Source: a virus
Lineage: Duplodnaviria > Caudoviricetes
DNA: 64,000 nucleotides
Strand: one strand, 5' to 3'
Virus record (IMG/VR): IMGVR_UViG_3300047375_000738
The translations under genes were made by a program, and so were the position numbers. Below the pieces are notes generated by a model, which searched no databases, was not told the DNA's origin, and was given only the letters and a program-made list of their open reading frames with translations. Positions 28,297 to 38,388 of this stretch are shown here, one piece after another; position 1 is the first letter of the stretch, and each line of letters begins with the position of its first letter.

Positions 28297-29101
28297 TATT
28301 AGCACCTGTTATCATTTTAATATTCTGTGACAACTTTGCGTTGAACTCTGCATCTGTTTGCGAATGTGCTAGTCCTTCACTTAATGCTCTGCTAAAACTT
28401 GCTGTGATGTCATTATTCATTGATAGCCTACGGCATGCTTCTTGTGTAGCATATCCGCCACTAAGGAATACAACCTTTTCTACGTTGTGTTTAACTGTCA
28501 AGTTATGATACAAGTTAGGTGTTTCAGGAGGTGTTAGTTTAAGAATAACGGAAAAGTCTTTGCCTTGTAAATATATTTCTAACAATCGATACAGCTCATC
28601 TTCAATTGCGGCTTTGTCAGGATGATCAATCGGCACTTCGGGTTCGACAATTGGTACAAGACCGTACTCACTAATTGTGTGTGCTAGTTCAAACTGCTGT
28701 TTAAGAACTGCACCTATCATGCTTTCACTTTTAATAATGCTACGCATCTTAGTGCCGTAGATTCGAGGACCAATGCCGTTTGTAGCCCATTCGCACATAG
28801 CACGTACATCAAATTCTTTGAGCATACCGTTGTCTTCGCATCCGCTATCAACTTTTAGAAACGTGTCAATACCTTTTTCATCAAGCACATTAACCATGCC
28901 GCGGGTGACTGTGTCTTGGTAGAGGATTGCTCCCCAGATGTTTGAGTCGTTGAAGTCAGGACTGTTGACCATTCTAAGACGCATAGCATGAACTTTCTCC
29001 ATCTTGTTTTCTTCTGTGTATTCTTGTCCGTAGCGTTCTAGTACGCCACCTGTTGAACCACCACTGTGATCCATTGCTGCAATAAATCTATGATCACTCA
29101 T
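28286..29101 (-). CDS. class I fructose-bisphosphate aldolase
   Basis: FIAAMDHSGGST, FLKVD.G, GTKMRS.I, PIVEPEV, FLSGGY, ASFSRAL. Confidence 0.9.
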   Translation of the reverse strand: MSDHRFIAAMDHSGGSTGGVLERYGQEYTEENKMEKVHAMRLRMVNSPDFNDSNIWGAILYQDTVTRGMVNVLDEKGIDTFLKVDSGCEDNGMLKEFDVRAMCEWATNGIGPRIYGTKMRSIIKSESMIGAVLKQQFELAHTISEYGLVPIVEPEVPIDHPDKAAIEDELYRLLEIYLQGKDFSVILKLTPPETPNLYHNLTVKHNVEKVVFLSGGYATQEACRRLSMNNDITASFSRALSEGLAHSQTDAEFNAKLSQNIKMITGANNDA

Positions 29102-29432
29102 ATGTTTCGCCTGTTTCACGGAAGAAGTTTTCACTCCAAAATGCTTTGTCGTCAATCCATACATCGTAGTTTTCTTTTTTGCCTACGCTGAGTTCATGAT
29201 ACTTTGCACCCCAACCCTCTAATTGGTTCTTGGTTAGGTCGTAATAGTCAACGCCACTAACACACCCGCGAGCAGTCATATACTTAATTGTATGTCCTGC
29301 ATCGTACAATGCATTTACTCGTGCAATGCGTTCTGGCATTGGAATATGATTTGCATAATCCTTCTTGCCGCCGCTGTCTGGAATAATTACTTCCTTGCAG
29401 ATCGTACCGTCGATATCAATTACATATTTCAT
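29094..29432 (-). CDS. HAD-family phosphatase (capsule-biosynthesis-phosphatase-like)
   Basis: DIDGTIC, TARG, K..YD.WIDDKA. Confidence 0.8.
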   Translation of the reverse strand: MKYVIDIDGTICKEVIIPDSGGKKDYANHIPMPERIARVNALYDAGHTIKYMTARGCVSGVDYYDLTKNQLEGWGAKYHELSVGKKENYDVWIDDKAFWSENFFRETGETYE

Positions 29433-29450
29433 TAAACGTCCTTTATATTA

Positions 29451-29757
29451 GAGTGGCACTTCTGTTGCTAGGCAGTACCCGCCCCCACATACCCTTAGGC
29501 TGCTAATGCCATTTCTGGCGCATAATTGTTATTTGCAATTATAAAGTTTGACCAATAACGCAGTCATCCGGTTAACTCCACTTCACTTTCACACCTGTCG
29601 ATCCTAGTTCTGCCCCATCATAAACATACGACTTGCGGCTTTCGGCCCTTGTCCTATGCACAGGAAAGTAGGTGCATCTACTCTCATATGTTTATGGTGG
29701 AGCAGCGCGGTACTGCCCCGCGGTCCAGTATGTGTCTACGTTGCTTCAACGTCAACA
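29451..29757 (-). ncRNA. ssrA: permuted two-piece tmRNA, tag ANNNYAPEMALAA (29495-29536)
   Basis: T-arm CGCGG-GGCAGUA-CCGCG then CUGCUCCACCA (end 29695) precedes GGGGCAGAACUAGGAUCGAC (start 29616); acceptor stem with G3.U. Confidence 0.92.
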
Positions 29758-29760
29758 TAT

Positions 29761-29791
29761 TATTTATAACATAGTTTTGTAAGCATGTCAA
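29761..29791 (-). promoter_or_regulatory. tmRNA promoter (sigma70 overlapping late TATAAATA)
   Basis: TTGACA-17-TATAAATA. Confidence 0.7.
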
Positions 29792-29813
29792 CCACGAAGA
29801 TATAAATATTAGC

Positions 29814-30677
29814 ATGAAACCATTTAGTATAGGCGATGCTGCTTTTAATATCAGTATGACATGCAATCTTACATGTGAAGGCTGCGAAAGTTTTAACAAC
29901 TACAATTTTAAAGGGCAAGTAAAATTTGCAGACTATGCCGATTACTATAAAGAATGGAGTAAAAAACTTAATATCGAAACTGTAACTATTCACGGAGGCG
30001 AACCATTTACAAATCCAGACATATTAAATTGGGTTACGAATTTAAAAAGGTTATGGCCAACTGCTGATGAGTATTATGTAGCAACCAACGGCACTATATT
30101 ACGTAACAAGATTACAGTTGCAAGACAAATTATAGATCAAGGATACTTTATAAATGTAACTGTTCACGATCCTGCAATGTATGAAGACATACGTAATCAA
30201 CTAGAAGAAGTATTAGAACCATACGACTATCTAATACGTAAAATGGATCTTGGTTACGAGTATTATGATAAGCATACTGAACAGATATACGGATTGATAG
30301 AATATAATTATCACTTTAAAAAAAGTGCTATCGATTATATAAAAGACAAAACATGGTACATGCATCGTAGCGATCCTGTTCAAGCCTATAAAACTTGCTT
30401 AGAAGATCTTAGTCCTTGTAACTTCTTTCATAAAGGAATGTTATACCAATGTCAATTAACAGCATTGCGTGATGATTTATTTTTGCAGTTTAGTATAGAA
30501 CCTGATGCAGTTGACTTACTAAAAAAGTACAATCACGGGGATCCATTTTATCCTATGAATAAACTACGCAAGTTTTTTAGAACTCATAACTTACCAATTC
30601 CACAGTGTACTCTATGTCCTGGTTGCCCTGACACACATCCTATATTTCCAATGGCTAAAAAGAAAATTAAGTTTTAA
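29814..30677 (+). CDS. radical SAM protein
   Basis: CNLTCEGC CxxxCxxC, GGEP, TNGT, C-terminal Cys cluster. Confidence 0.88.
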   Translation: MKPFSIGDAAFNISMTCNLTCEGCESFNNYNFKGQVKFADYADYYKEWSKKLNIETVTIHGGEPFTNPDILNWVTNLKRLWPTADEYYVATNGTILRNKITVARQIIDQGYFINVTVHDPAMYEDIRNQLEEVLEPYDYLIRKMDLGYEYYDKHTEQIYGLIEYNYHFKKSAIDYIKDKTWYMHRSDPVQAYKTCLEDLSPCNFFHKGMLYQCQLTALRDDLFLQFSIEPDAVDLLKKYNHGDPFYPMNKLRKFFRTHNLPIPQCTLCPGCPDTHPIFPMAKKKIKF

Positions 30678-30896
30678 TTACCACTTAGTGGCACGTACTT
30701 TAGAAATGTGTCTTTGTGATTTTATTGCATTCATACAACTTAGTATGCGTCTTGATTTTTGATGGGGTCTATGATAACCATTTTTACTCTGCCAATGTTT
30801 ATCTTGTTCCATTTCTTTAGCTAATTCTTTAGCCAATAATTGTTCAATATACAACAAATCTTCGTCGCCTAGATTGTTAAGCTCTTTTGACACCAT
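30678..30896 (-). CDS. hypothetical protein
   Basis: start MVSKEL after GGAG SD. Confidence 0.55.
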   Translation of the reverse strand: MVSKELNNLGDEDLLYIEQLLAKELAKEMEQDKHWQSKNGYHRPHQKSRRILSCMNAIKSQRHISKVRATKW

Positions 30897-31083
30897 TGTG
30901 GAATCTCCTATTATATGCTTGTTCAAAACCTTCTTCATAATCACATAACGGAGCCCCATTGCAACCGTCGACCCATAGTCTTTTAAAGTAGCTATCTGCT
31001 GATTGAAATGCTGTAGCATCACTCTCTGGAATATGGCCTTTTACCATCCAAAACAACCGATATGCTTCTTTATGTTCTTCCAT
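30877..31083 (-). CDS. hypothetical protein
   Basis: TAAATA-5-ATG; YRLFWMVKGH. Confidence 0.65.
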   Translation of the reverse strand: MEEHKEAYRLFWMVKGHIPESDATAFQSADSYFKRLWVDGCNGAPLCDYEEGFEQAYNRRFHNGVKRA

Positions 31084-31127
31084 AAAGATATTTATACTAA
31101 GCCACGCTTGTTGGCGCTAACAAAGAT

Positions 31128-31391
31128 TTACGATCCTTCAGGAAAGAACCAATAGAGCAAACCTCCACCTGAATCAATTTCTTTTTCAAGCTCTTCAGTT
31201 CGCATATAGTTAATAGTTTGCCCATGTACTTGTATTGCCCACATATCGCCTGGGTCGTAAAAAGCAACGCCTTGCATTGCATTTCTTTTAAACGTAATAG
31301 CACGATAGGTTAACTCGTCATCTGCCTCCTGGTGTGGCGGGATGCCATAGTTACTCATAATGTATTTTTTTAAATCAGCTAGTGTGTTCAT
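31128..31391 (-). CDS. hypothetical protein
   Basis: ORF with AGAGG SD. Confidence 0.65.
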   Translation of the reverse strand: MNTLADLKKYIMSNYGIPPHQEADDELTYRAITFKRNAMQGVAFYDPGDMWAIQVHGQTINYMRTEELEKEIDSGGGLLYWFFPEGS

Positions 31392-31417
31392 TTTATCAAT
31401 TCCTCTACTGTTATTTA

Positions 31418-31600
31418 TTACATATCACGTTTCTTGTCTTGAATTTCTTTACGACGATCTGATATTAAATCTTTCATTTCAGTCAAGGCTTGCCTAGCAC
31501 GAACAGCAGAGGCTTTTACTCCGCTTTCAAACTTTTCACTTTCTTTGATATAGATATCAACAGCCAGCATAAGCTCTTCGTGTAGACTTTTCTTTTCCAT
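31418..31600 (-). CDS. Hc1-like small DNA-binding protein
   Basis: E.G.KASAVRAR..L..M......RKEI resembles chlamydial Hc1 N-terminus. Confidence 0.5.
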   Translation of the reverse strand: MEKKSLHEELMLAVDIYIKESEKFESGVKASAVRARQALTEMKDLISDRRKEIQDKKRDM

Positions 31601-32103
31601 TACTTGCCTGTATATGCATTGCTAAGATTAACCTTTAGGTCCAACAAGCTGTCTTGGTTTGCTTGATACCTAATACCAATACCGCCTTTGTTGCGCCAAC
31701 GATCAATGTTGCTAGGTTTGTCATCAACTAAAATATTTGGTTCTCCTGTAATTTTATCAACTGCATATGCTTCTTTAGCCCCAGTAAAAATAAGATTATG
31801 TATTTGCGGCATGAATCCGTATCTAGTTAGCCATACACGTTTATGATACGAACTGTTGTCTTTGTCTCCACGTAACGGACTTGAACAAATGCCATACTCG
31901 TCACCTGCAAGTTCTCTACAGTGATCAACTAGTTCTTGACTTGTTGGAAACAGCTCAAGTGTATCAAAAAAGTTTGTGTGTTTAAGTGCCATGATTGAGC
32001 TATCGCGATCTGGTAAGTCTTTCCAGTGTGCTATGTTATAAAAACGCTCAATACCACCGAAGAAGTCAGCAATGACTCCGTCCATATCTAAATATAATTT
32101 CAT
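31600..32103 (-). CDS. 5'(3')-deoxyribonucleotidase (NT5C, HAD)
   Basis: LDMDGVIADF, K..W, LVDD...N...W...GG.GI. Confidence 0.85.
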   Translation of the reverse strand: MKLYLDMDGVIADFFGGIERFYNIAHWKDLPDRDSSIMALKHTNFFDTLELFPTSQELVDHCRELAGDEYGICSSPLRGDKDNSSYHKRVWLTRYGFMPQIHNLIFTGAKEAYAVDKITGEPNILVDDKPSNIDRWRNKGGIGIRYQANQDSLLDLKVNLSNAYTGK

Positions 32104-32135
32104 GTGTGCCTCTCTATTTGCCTAAATTATGCTTT

Positions 32136-32163
32136 ATTATAACATAGGAGACTGCGTTGTCAA
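32136..32163 (-). promoter_or_regulatory. sigma70-type promoter
   Basis: TTGACA-16-TATAAT. Confidence 0.65.
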
Positions 32164-32171
32164 CCAGTTTA

Positions 32172-34481
32172 TCACCAAGGTAGTGCAATATTGTATGCGT
32201 ATACTACTCCGGTTTTGTCTGCTACGTATAGTTTTGTTCCGTATCCATTATACCATATTGAAGCTGGTTTGTTATTTGCTATCATTGGAATGTCTACACT
32301 TTCTATTGCTGTGATAGTACCGCCTAAATCCCACGGAGTGCTATTTTCAAACAAATGCAACTTTCGTTGATTAGTTACAAATAATATATATTTTCCGTCG
32401 TGACTAACCTCAAAGCCATTTATTTGATAATCGTCGCCAACTGGTATTTCGTGAGTTCCTCCACGTGGTATTACAAACTGCGCACTAGTTCCAGTATCAA
32501 GAGTCCATCCGCCTGTTGCATTTTCTACACTAGAGTTAGTTGAAGTCATTTGTCTTAACCAATAGATTTCTGGAGATGAAAAATCACGTAACAATACAAA
32601 TAATTTATAGTCAATATTATTATTACCGTCTGCATCTTGTCTATAACGAAGATCAATAACATCCGTTGCTGCTCTATTAAATGTTGCATCACCTGCTGGG
32701 CCATTATCTTCTACCCACGATGTAATATTTCTTGTAGACGGTGGACCGAGAGGAGCAAAGGGAGACGGAGGTTCGCTTGATATATATGTCAAGTGGTACT
32801 CTCTGGATTGTCCAGTGCCTTCGGTTTGAATTGTAACAGCCCTCTTATCTGTAGTACTAGTCATACCATGCATAGGCCAGCTGTTGTGACTGGTGTTTTC
32901 TTTATAACCAAAATCTGACAAGCCGCTGGTGCCTAAATTGTCTTGGTTGAAGCTCCATGTTTCTCTTAACAAAGTACCCGTGCCGTATTCTTTGAAAAAA
33001 CTTAAATATCTAGAAGGAGAATTATAGTTTAAATTATTTTCCATTAATAAAGCATTTGAGTTTAAATAATAAGCTGGTAGGTTTGTCTGCCTAGTTCCGG
33101 TCATTATACCTAACGCTTCGTTTGCACCTCTTGCAGGAAGGAAAGTCAATGTACTCATATCATAAGGTGTGCTCAATGCGCCTATATGTAGTGTATTGCC
33201 TGTGCTCCACCCTTTGATAAGATAAAAAATAGATCCTGCCGGATCGCCGTTTGGAAGCACACCACCATTTAACTCTTCATTCCATGCCATTCCTACCATT
33301 AATCTACTTCCATGGACATCACCTAAATCGTGACTAACTACAGTTTCTGTTGATAGTGTGCTTAAATCAAAACCTGTACTCATAGTTCTTGTTCTAAAAT
33401 TCCAATCTTGTATGTCATTACAATAAACTACTTTTGTTCCGTCATTGGTGATATAACCGCCAAAGAATTCACTTGAAGTATCTGATTGCGTAGGTGTTGA
33501 AGACATAGTAGTCAAATCGTAGCCTGTGCTTAATGTATATTTAAATAGTCCGCCGCCGGTACCATCTGTACCAACTATTAATTCAGTACCGTTACTATTA
33601 AATTTTAATAATGTTAATGTGCTGCTAAAAATACTAATTCCATAACCACCAAAAGTAGTTGTCTGTGTGGGTGTAGTGTTAATTGATGTAATATCCCATG
33701 CAGTATTAAGAGTGTATTTTTTAATATAGTTTCGTGTTGAACCAAGTTTAGCTGTTATAATAGTTGTACTATCAATATATATTGTATGTGTTCCTATATC
33801 AGACTGACTAGCCACGGGTTGTTGTTGTTGTGATTCAAATAGTCCTTGCCGATTTTGTAGCCAGTCAGGATCTGCATCAGTATCGCCTGGAAAAAATCTA
33901 AAATTAGATTGATAATACTGTTTGCCGCTGTTGGCAGAGGCAGATGCAAGAAATCCTCTATTGTTTGGCATAACACTAGGATTGTAAATGATCTCTCCAA
34001 GGCCGCCAGACCCTACACTCTTTAATCCAGTAGCTTCTAAGCCATGTAGTCGAGGTCCTACACCGATACTTGGATACTCGATAGTAGAAATTTTATATAG
34101 TCTTGGATTAACACTTGTATTATTAATAGTAACCGATACTGATGTTGCTAAAACATCAGTACCTGGTGTATTTTGAATGTACGTATATAGTTCTACTCTA
34201 AAAGTTTCTGCATCATCATCAAAGCTACTAGCGTCTGCGGTAGGAGTAATTGTAAAAGAAGCAGCATTACTGTTAATAGTTATTACTCCATCTGTGTCAT
34301 CTAGCTCACTTTGATTACTTGCTTCCCAGTATAGATCGGTTCCATCAGATATATTAGTTGTAGTCACATTGAACGTTAATGCACTTCCTTCATCGATATT
34401 GTTAGCTGTTGGAACAATTGCATAAGTGCTATTGTATCCGGTTGAGCCAGATGCTGCCATGAGCATTTTGGTTATAATCAT
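32172..34481 (-). CDS. virion tail-associated/receptor-binding protein
   Basis: Calx/Ig-like N-terminus, repeated Y.LSTPWD.ST beta-propeller-like units; ATGA-coupled to fibre gene. Confidence 0.65.
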   Translation of the reverse strand: MIITKMLMAASGSTGYNSTYAIVPTANNIDEGSALTFNVTTTNISDGTDLYWEASNQSELDDTDGVITINSNAASFTITPTADASSFDDDAETFRVELYTYIQNTPGTDVLATSVSVTINNTSVNPRLYKISTIEYPSIGVGPRLHGLEATGLKSVGSGGLGEIIYNPSVMPNNRGFLASASANSGKQYYQSNFRFFPGDTDADPDWLQNRQGLFESQQQQPVASQSDIGTHTIYIDSTTIITAKLGSTRNYIKKYTLNTAWDITSINTTPTQTTTFGGYGISIFSSTLTLLKFNSNGTELIVGTDGTGGGLFKYTLSTGYDLTTMSSTPTQSDTSSEFFGGYITNDGTKVVYCNDIQDWNFRTRTMSTGFDLSTLSTETVVSHDLGDVHGSRLMVGMAWNEELNGGVLPNGDPAGSIFYLIKGWSTGNTLHIGALSTPYDMSTLTFLPARGANEALGIMTGTRQTNLPAYYLNSNALLMENNLNYNSPSRYLSFFKEYGTGTLLRETWSFNQDNLGTSGLSDFGYKENTSHNSWPMHGMTSTTDKRAVTIQTEGTGQSREYHLTYISSEPPSPFAPLGPPSTRNITSWVEDNGPAGDATFNRAATDVIDLRYRQDADGNNNIDYKLFVLLRDFSSPEIYWLRQMTSTNSSVENATGGWTLDTGTSAQFVIPRGGTHEIPVGDDYQINGFEVSHDGKYILFVTNQRKLHLFENSTPWDLGGTITAIESVDIPMIANNKPASIWYNGYGTKLYVADKTGVVYAYNIALPW

Positions 34482-36907
34482 GCCATTGCGTCTCCGGCTT
34501 GAAACCCAAACCAAGATGTGCCATTGAATGTAGTAAACACATAAATGTCCAGTTCTCCATTATTTGGCACGTCAGGCTGAACGCCACCAGACCATAATAC
34601 ACTAGACGGCCAAGTAATGCTAAAAGTTGGATTACTTGAGCTCCTATTTAGATATAATGTAAAAGACTCAACTCCAGATGCATATCCTTGAAATACGAAA
34701 GTTGTACTGCCGACTAATGTTATAGAAAAATGATTTGCACTACTAGTATCTAGAAGCTTTGTTGATTGCACTGCGCCTTCGCTGCTAAAAAATTCAGTTA
34801 CATTAGACTTTAAATTAATACTGCCTCCACCGTTTGCAGTAATATCAATATCGCCATTAGTTGTTGAGGTAGTAAGACTATAAGTTTGCATGTCAAGATT
34901 ACCGCCTAATTGTGGCGATGTATCGTCAACAACATCGCCGCTGCCGCCATCTGTAATTCCATATCCGGCAAGTGTTGTTGGTGTTCCTGTTAGATCAGAA
35001 AATGCAACACTTGTAAGATAGTTACTATCGTTTGTCCACTGGCTAATGTTACCACTTTTATTTATTAATGTATCAGTTGAACTTGGTGTAAATATAATGT
35101 CACTTGTTAATGCAAAGGTTCCTGGTGTTCCACCTGGTATACTATGAGTATTAATTGTGCCTAAACTTGTAATATCATATGTTTGTGCGTCAAGGTTACC
35201 ACCTAATTGTGGAGTAATGTCAGCAGCTACACTAGCGATTCCTTTTGTTGTCCAAATATAATCGCCGGTGTTACTGTTTAAAGTTGGATCCCAACCTAAA
35301 ACGTCACCTGAGCCTGCAGTACTAGTATTTAAATGCGCATCTACACTTGCATCTGCATATCCTCCTCCACCGCCGCCGGAAATATCAGAAAGTAAGGCAT
35401 AGGTACCTCCGCTACCTGTAGGAAGAGTGTGTCCGTTTAGACTACCAGTAATTGTAACACCATCGTTGCTGGTTGCTAATCGTTCATTATTGTCGTAGTA
35501 TAATGTACTTGCTGAACTTTTAAACTGAGCAAATTTACTTCCGCCTGAAGATTGGACAATAGTTGTAGAGGATATAATTTTTGTTGTACCAGAGCCGTCG
35601 CCAGCTCCTGTATCTTTTATAATACTATCAGTGCCATCATGAAATATTTCAAAATCTGCCGATGCACCTAGTGCTAGTTTGCCATTATCAGCAAAGGTAA
35701 TACTACTGCCATTTGCAACAGGTGTTGTGATAAATCCTGCATCATTGGTTAGATCGCTATTATTAAGTCCTGATATGCTTGTAATGTAACCGCTATCATT
35801 GGTTAACTGGCTTATATTTTCGCCATTTATACTAGTAAGATAGCTGCTCAAGTCAGGTGGTGTATATTGAAATTGTCCATTAGTGTTGTCATAAGATACA
35901 CTGCCCGATCCACTTGCGGTTGCACTAGCAATAAAACTTAAACTGTTTAATTGTATGTAACCTGGGTTACTAAAATTAACAGTAATGTTACCTTCTATAT
36001 CACTAGTTGTTGATATAGAAGTTCCGCCTTTGATGCTAAATGTTTCACCTCGAGAAATACTAATGCTAGTAGAATCGTCTGCTGTAATGTTAAAAACATT
36101 ATCTTCAATACGACTAAACCTATCAATAACTGTAGTTGCAAAATTTGGATCGTCTCCTAATGCTGCTGCTAGTTCATTTAACGTATTTAATGCACCAGGA
36201 GCACTATCAATTACATTAGCAATAGCACTATCGATATTTGCTTGATTAACTCCGTCAGTGATACCAAATCCTGCTAAAGTTGTGGGCTTGCTTGTTAAAT
36301 CGGCAAAAGCCACACTAGTTAAATAACTACTTAGATCGGGCGGAGTGTAATCAAATTCGCCAGTAGTGTTGTCGTAGGATAACGCTGCTGTTCCTACTGC
36401 ATTTGTTGTTACACTAATCTCTGTTAAATTAATATAGTTAGCATCATTTGTAAATGCACTTACATCCGTAGGAACTCCTGTGAGACTACTGAATGCAAAA
36501 TCTTGTGTAAAACCATTTGTGATTGTTATACTATCGGTTGCAGAATCTGTTGAGATAGAGATGTTTGTTCCAGCTACTAAAGTGATTGTATCTGTTTTAC
36601 TATCTGCATCAATATTTGTTTGCCCAGAAACTGCAAAGGTACTAAAAGCATTTTGATTTATCTCGCCGCTTGCTTGAGTAGCTGCAAGTTGATCCCATCC
36701 TACACTAGTATACCCTTCAAATAAATTAAGTGTATTATTATATCTTAAAGAACCTAAAGTAGGAGAACTATCACGCTCTGCTGTACTACCAATTGGAATT
36801 TGTACAGAACCACTTACACTTGTGCGAGGTGCAATAGCATCAAAATTATCATCCATTTCTGTATAGGTTAACGCCGAACCTTTAGTAGAACGTTTTGTTA
36901 CAGCCAT
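34478..36907 (-). CDS. tail fibre protein
   Basis: K.S.LT..EMD.NF, repeats YTPPDLSSYLTS, PTTLAG.GITDG, PQLGGNLD, D.AP..L.TL.ELAAALG.D.NF. Confidence 0.8.
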   Translation of the reverse strand: MAVTKRSTKGSALTYTEMDDNFDAIAPRTSVSGSVQIPIGSTAERDSSPTLGSLRYNNTLNLFEGYTSVGWDQLAATQASGEINQNAFSTFAVSGQTNIDADSKTDTITLVAGTNISISTDSATDSITITNGFTQDFAFSSLTGVPTDVSAFTNDANYINLTEISVTTNAVGTAALSYDNTTGEFDYTPPDLSSYLTSVAFADLTSKPTTLAGFGITDGVNQANIDSAIANVIDSAPGALNTLNELAAALGDDPNFATTVIDRFSRIEDNVFNITADDSTSISISRGETFSIKGGTSISTTSDIEGNITVNFSNPGYIQLNSLSFIASATASGSGSVSYDNTNGQFQYTPPDLSSYLTSINGENISQLTNDSGYITSISGLNNSDLTNDAGFITTPVANGSSITFADNGKLALGASADFEIFHDGTDSIIKDTGAGDGSGTTKIISSTTIVQSSGGSKFAQFKSSASTLYYDNNERLATSNDGVTITGSLNGHTLPTGSGGTYALLSDISGGGGGGYADASVDAHLNTSTAGSGDVLGWDPTLNSNTGDYIWTTKGIASVAADITPQLGGNLDAQTYDITSLGTINTHSIPGGTPGTFALTSDIIFTPSSTDTLINKSGNISQWTNDSNYLTSVAFSDLTGTPTTLAGYGITDGGSGDVVDDTSPQLGGNLDMQTYSLTTSTTNGDIDITANGGGSINLKSNVTEFFSSEGAVQSTKLLDTSSANHFSITLVGSTTFVFQGYASGVESFTLYLNRSSSNPTFSITWPSSVLWSGGVQPDVPNNGELDIYVFTTFNGTSWFGFQAGDAMA

Positions 36908-37143
36908 TATGTTTGTTCTCCGTTATCATTGTAGTATTTACCCACATATGAATTTAGAGAATTTCCAACTACACCAGGATTGTCTTCGATGTAATTAGAT
37001 GTTGTATACTCAAACAGCTCTATTTCAGCTTCGGTTAGTGCTGTGTTAAACACATAGGTCTGAGCTATCAAACTTGCTTTAATTCCTGGATCGGTTTCTA
37101 CTGCAATCTGAGCCAGTAAACTAGCATAGTTTGGATTTGCCAT
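36907..37143 (-). CDS. virion-associated hypothetical protein
   Basis: coupled between PAAR and fibre genes. Confidence 0.6.
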   Translation of the reverse strand: MANPNYASLLAQIAVETDPGIKASLIAQTYVFNTALTEAEIELFEYTTSNYIEDNPGVVGNSLNSYVGKYYNDNGEQT

Positions 37144-37436
37144 TATTCATTTACCAACACAGACGCAACACCGTTGAGAGCCGAGTTTGCTGGAAAACTA
37201 CCATGTCCTCCTGTGGCATCGCCTGATCTATGAACAAGTTCGCCTTCGCAGTATACGTTTGGACTTGTGCCTACTACTGGATCGCCACATGATGTTGCAT
37301 CTCCATCTCTAATTACGTTACCTAATCCAGCAAATACGCTGGTTTGTGAGGCAACATATTTTGTTTGGTGGAAAGGATTTGGAGTAGGACTTGCGTGTCC
37401 TACATGTTTATATTTGTCAGTAACTAACTGAGGCAT
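37143..37436 (-). CDS. PAAR-domain spike tip protein
   Basis: H.GH...P..FH, R.GD.T.CG, G..V.R.GD.T.GHG. Confidence 0.8.
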   Translation of the reverse strand: MPQLVTDKYKHVGHASPTPNPFHQTKYVASQTSVFAGLGNVIRDGDATSCGDPVVGTSPNVYCEGELVHRSGDATGGHGSFPANSALNGVASVLVNE

Positions 37437-37444
37437 TTATACTC

Positions 37445-37735
37445 CTAGGCCATTTGAATGCCTGTGGTGCTAGTCATATATTGTTTGGCCATTTCTGGTT
37501 CTGTTTTGCACACAAACATCACTGTACTCTTATTTATCGGTACTTTTGCATCCTGTGCAATAGTAAATGCAAATGGTGCTAGACCCATTCCTTGCTGTGT
37601 TGCCATTAGTGCAAGGGGCTTACTAACTGTAATAGTTTTGTCGTTTTCTTCAACAAAACGTGCAACAACTTCGTCGCCGCTGGTTGTTTTGATTGTAATT
37701 GTATCGTTTGTTTTGTATGGTGCTTCGATAATCAT
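37445..37735 (-). CDS. conserved phage hypothetical protein (Sm-like beta fold possible)
   Basis: TIK..SG.E..A.....KP......QG.G..P. Confidence 0.65.
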   Translation of the reverse strand: MIIEAPYKTNDTITIKTTSGDEVVARFVEENDKTITVSKPLALMATQQGMGLAPFAFTIAQDAKVPINKSTVMFVCKTEPEMAKQYMTSTTGIQMA

Positions 37736-38388
37736 TCGTATCCAAATCTTTCTTTTGTTTTTTTAAACTTATTTTGTATGTATTCTAAGTGTTCGTCACT
37801 TATTTCTAAATCTGGGTAGTTGTAATGGTTTCCTGGGCCGTCTTTTGCATTAAATTTAGTAGTACTTAATAATGTCTTGAGAAACGGATTCTTACTTTTT
37901 GTACCTAGTCTTACTATTTCCATATCATCGGTATATTCATCGCCAATATCGTGTACACAGTGTCGAAAGAAAGCAGAATCATGTGCCAATGGCGATGCTG
38001 GATTTCTTTTAAAATCAGCAAGTTTTACATTATCATATTGTTTTACTAAATTCATATGTACATCAAATGTGTATTCAGTTACTAGTTTAGAAGGCAGATG
38101 GCGATTATCTACAAAATATTTTGTCCTGTCAAAATTGTGATTCCAATGCCTCCAGTAGTGCCAGTAACCACTAATAAATCTTTCTATTGGATCGCGAACT
38201 AAAATATACATTGGCTTTCTGTTTGGAGTGCGCCTCATATATTCTTTTACACTAGTTCTTCCTGCTGCTGGATAAGCCGAATCATGCTCGACCCAAACAT
38301 AGTCTTTTGACACTGTATGTCGCAACATAGTAGTGCCACACTTGTTAAAGAAAAACAGTACGCCCTTGTCGTTGTACAGGAATGCCAT
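37732..38388 (-). CDS. sulfotransferase-family protein
   Basis: KCGTT 5'-PSB-like and VRDPIERFISGY 3'-PB-like motifs. Confidence 0.6.
   Translation of the reverse strand: MAFLYNDKGVLFFFNKCGTTMLRHTVSKDYVWVEHDSAYPAAGRTSVKEYMRRTPNRKPMYILVRDPIERFISGYWHYWRHWNHNFDRTKYFVDNRHLPSKLVTEYTFDVHMNLVKQYDNVKLADFKRNPASPLAHDSAFFRHCVHDIGDEYTDDMEIVRLGTKSKNPFLKTLLSTTKFNAKDGPGNHYNYPDLEISDEHLEYIQNKFKKTKERFGYE

Noticed and set aside
34478-36907. Internal repeats as DGR or invertible cassette
   Set aside because: Ordinary tail-fibre repeats; no reverse transcriptase or recombinase nearby
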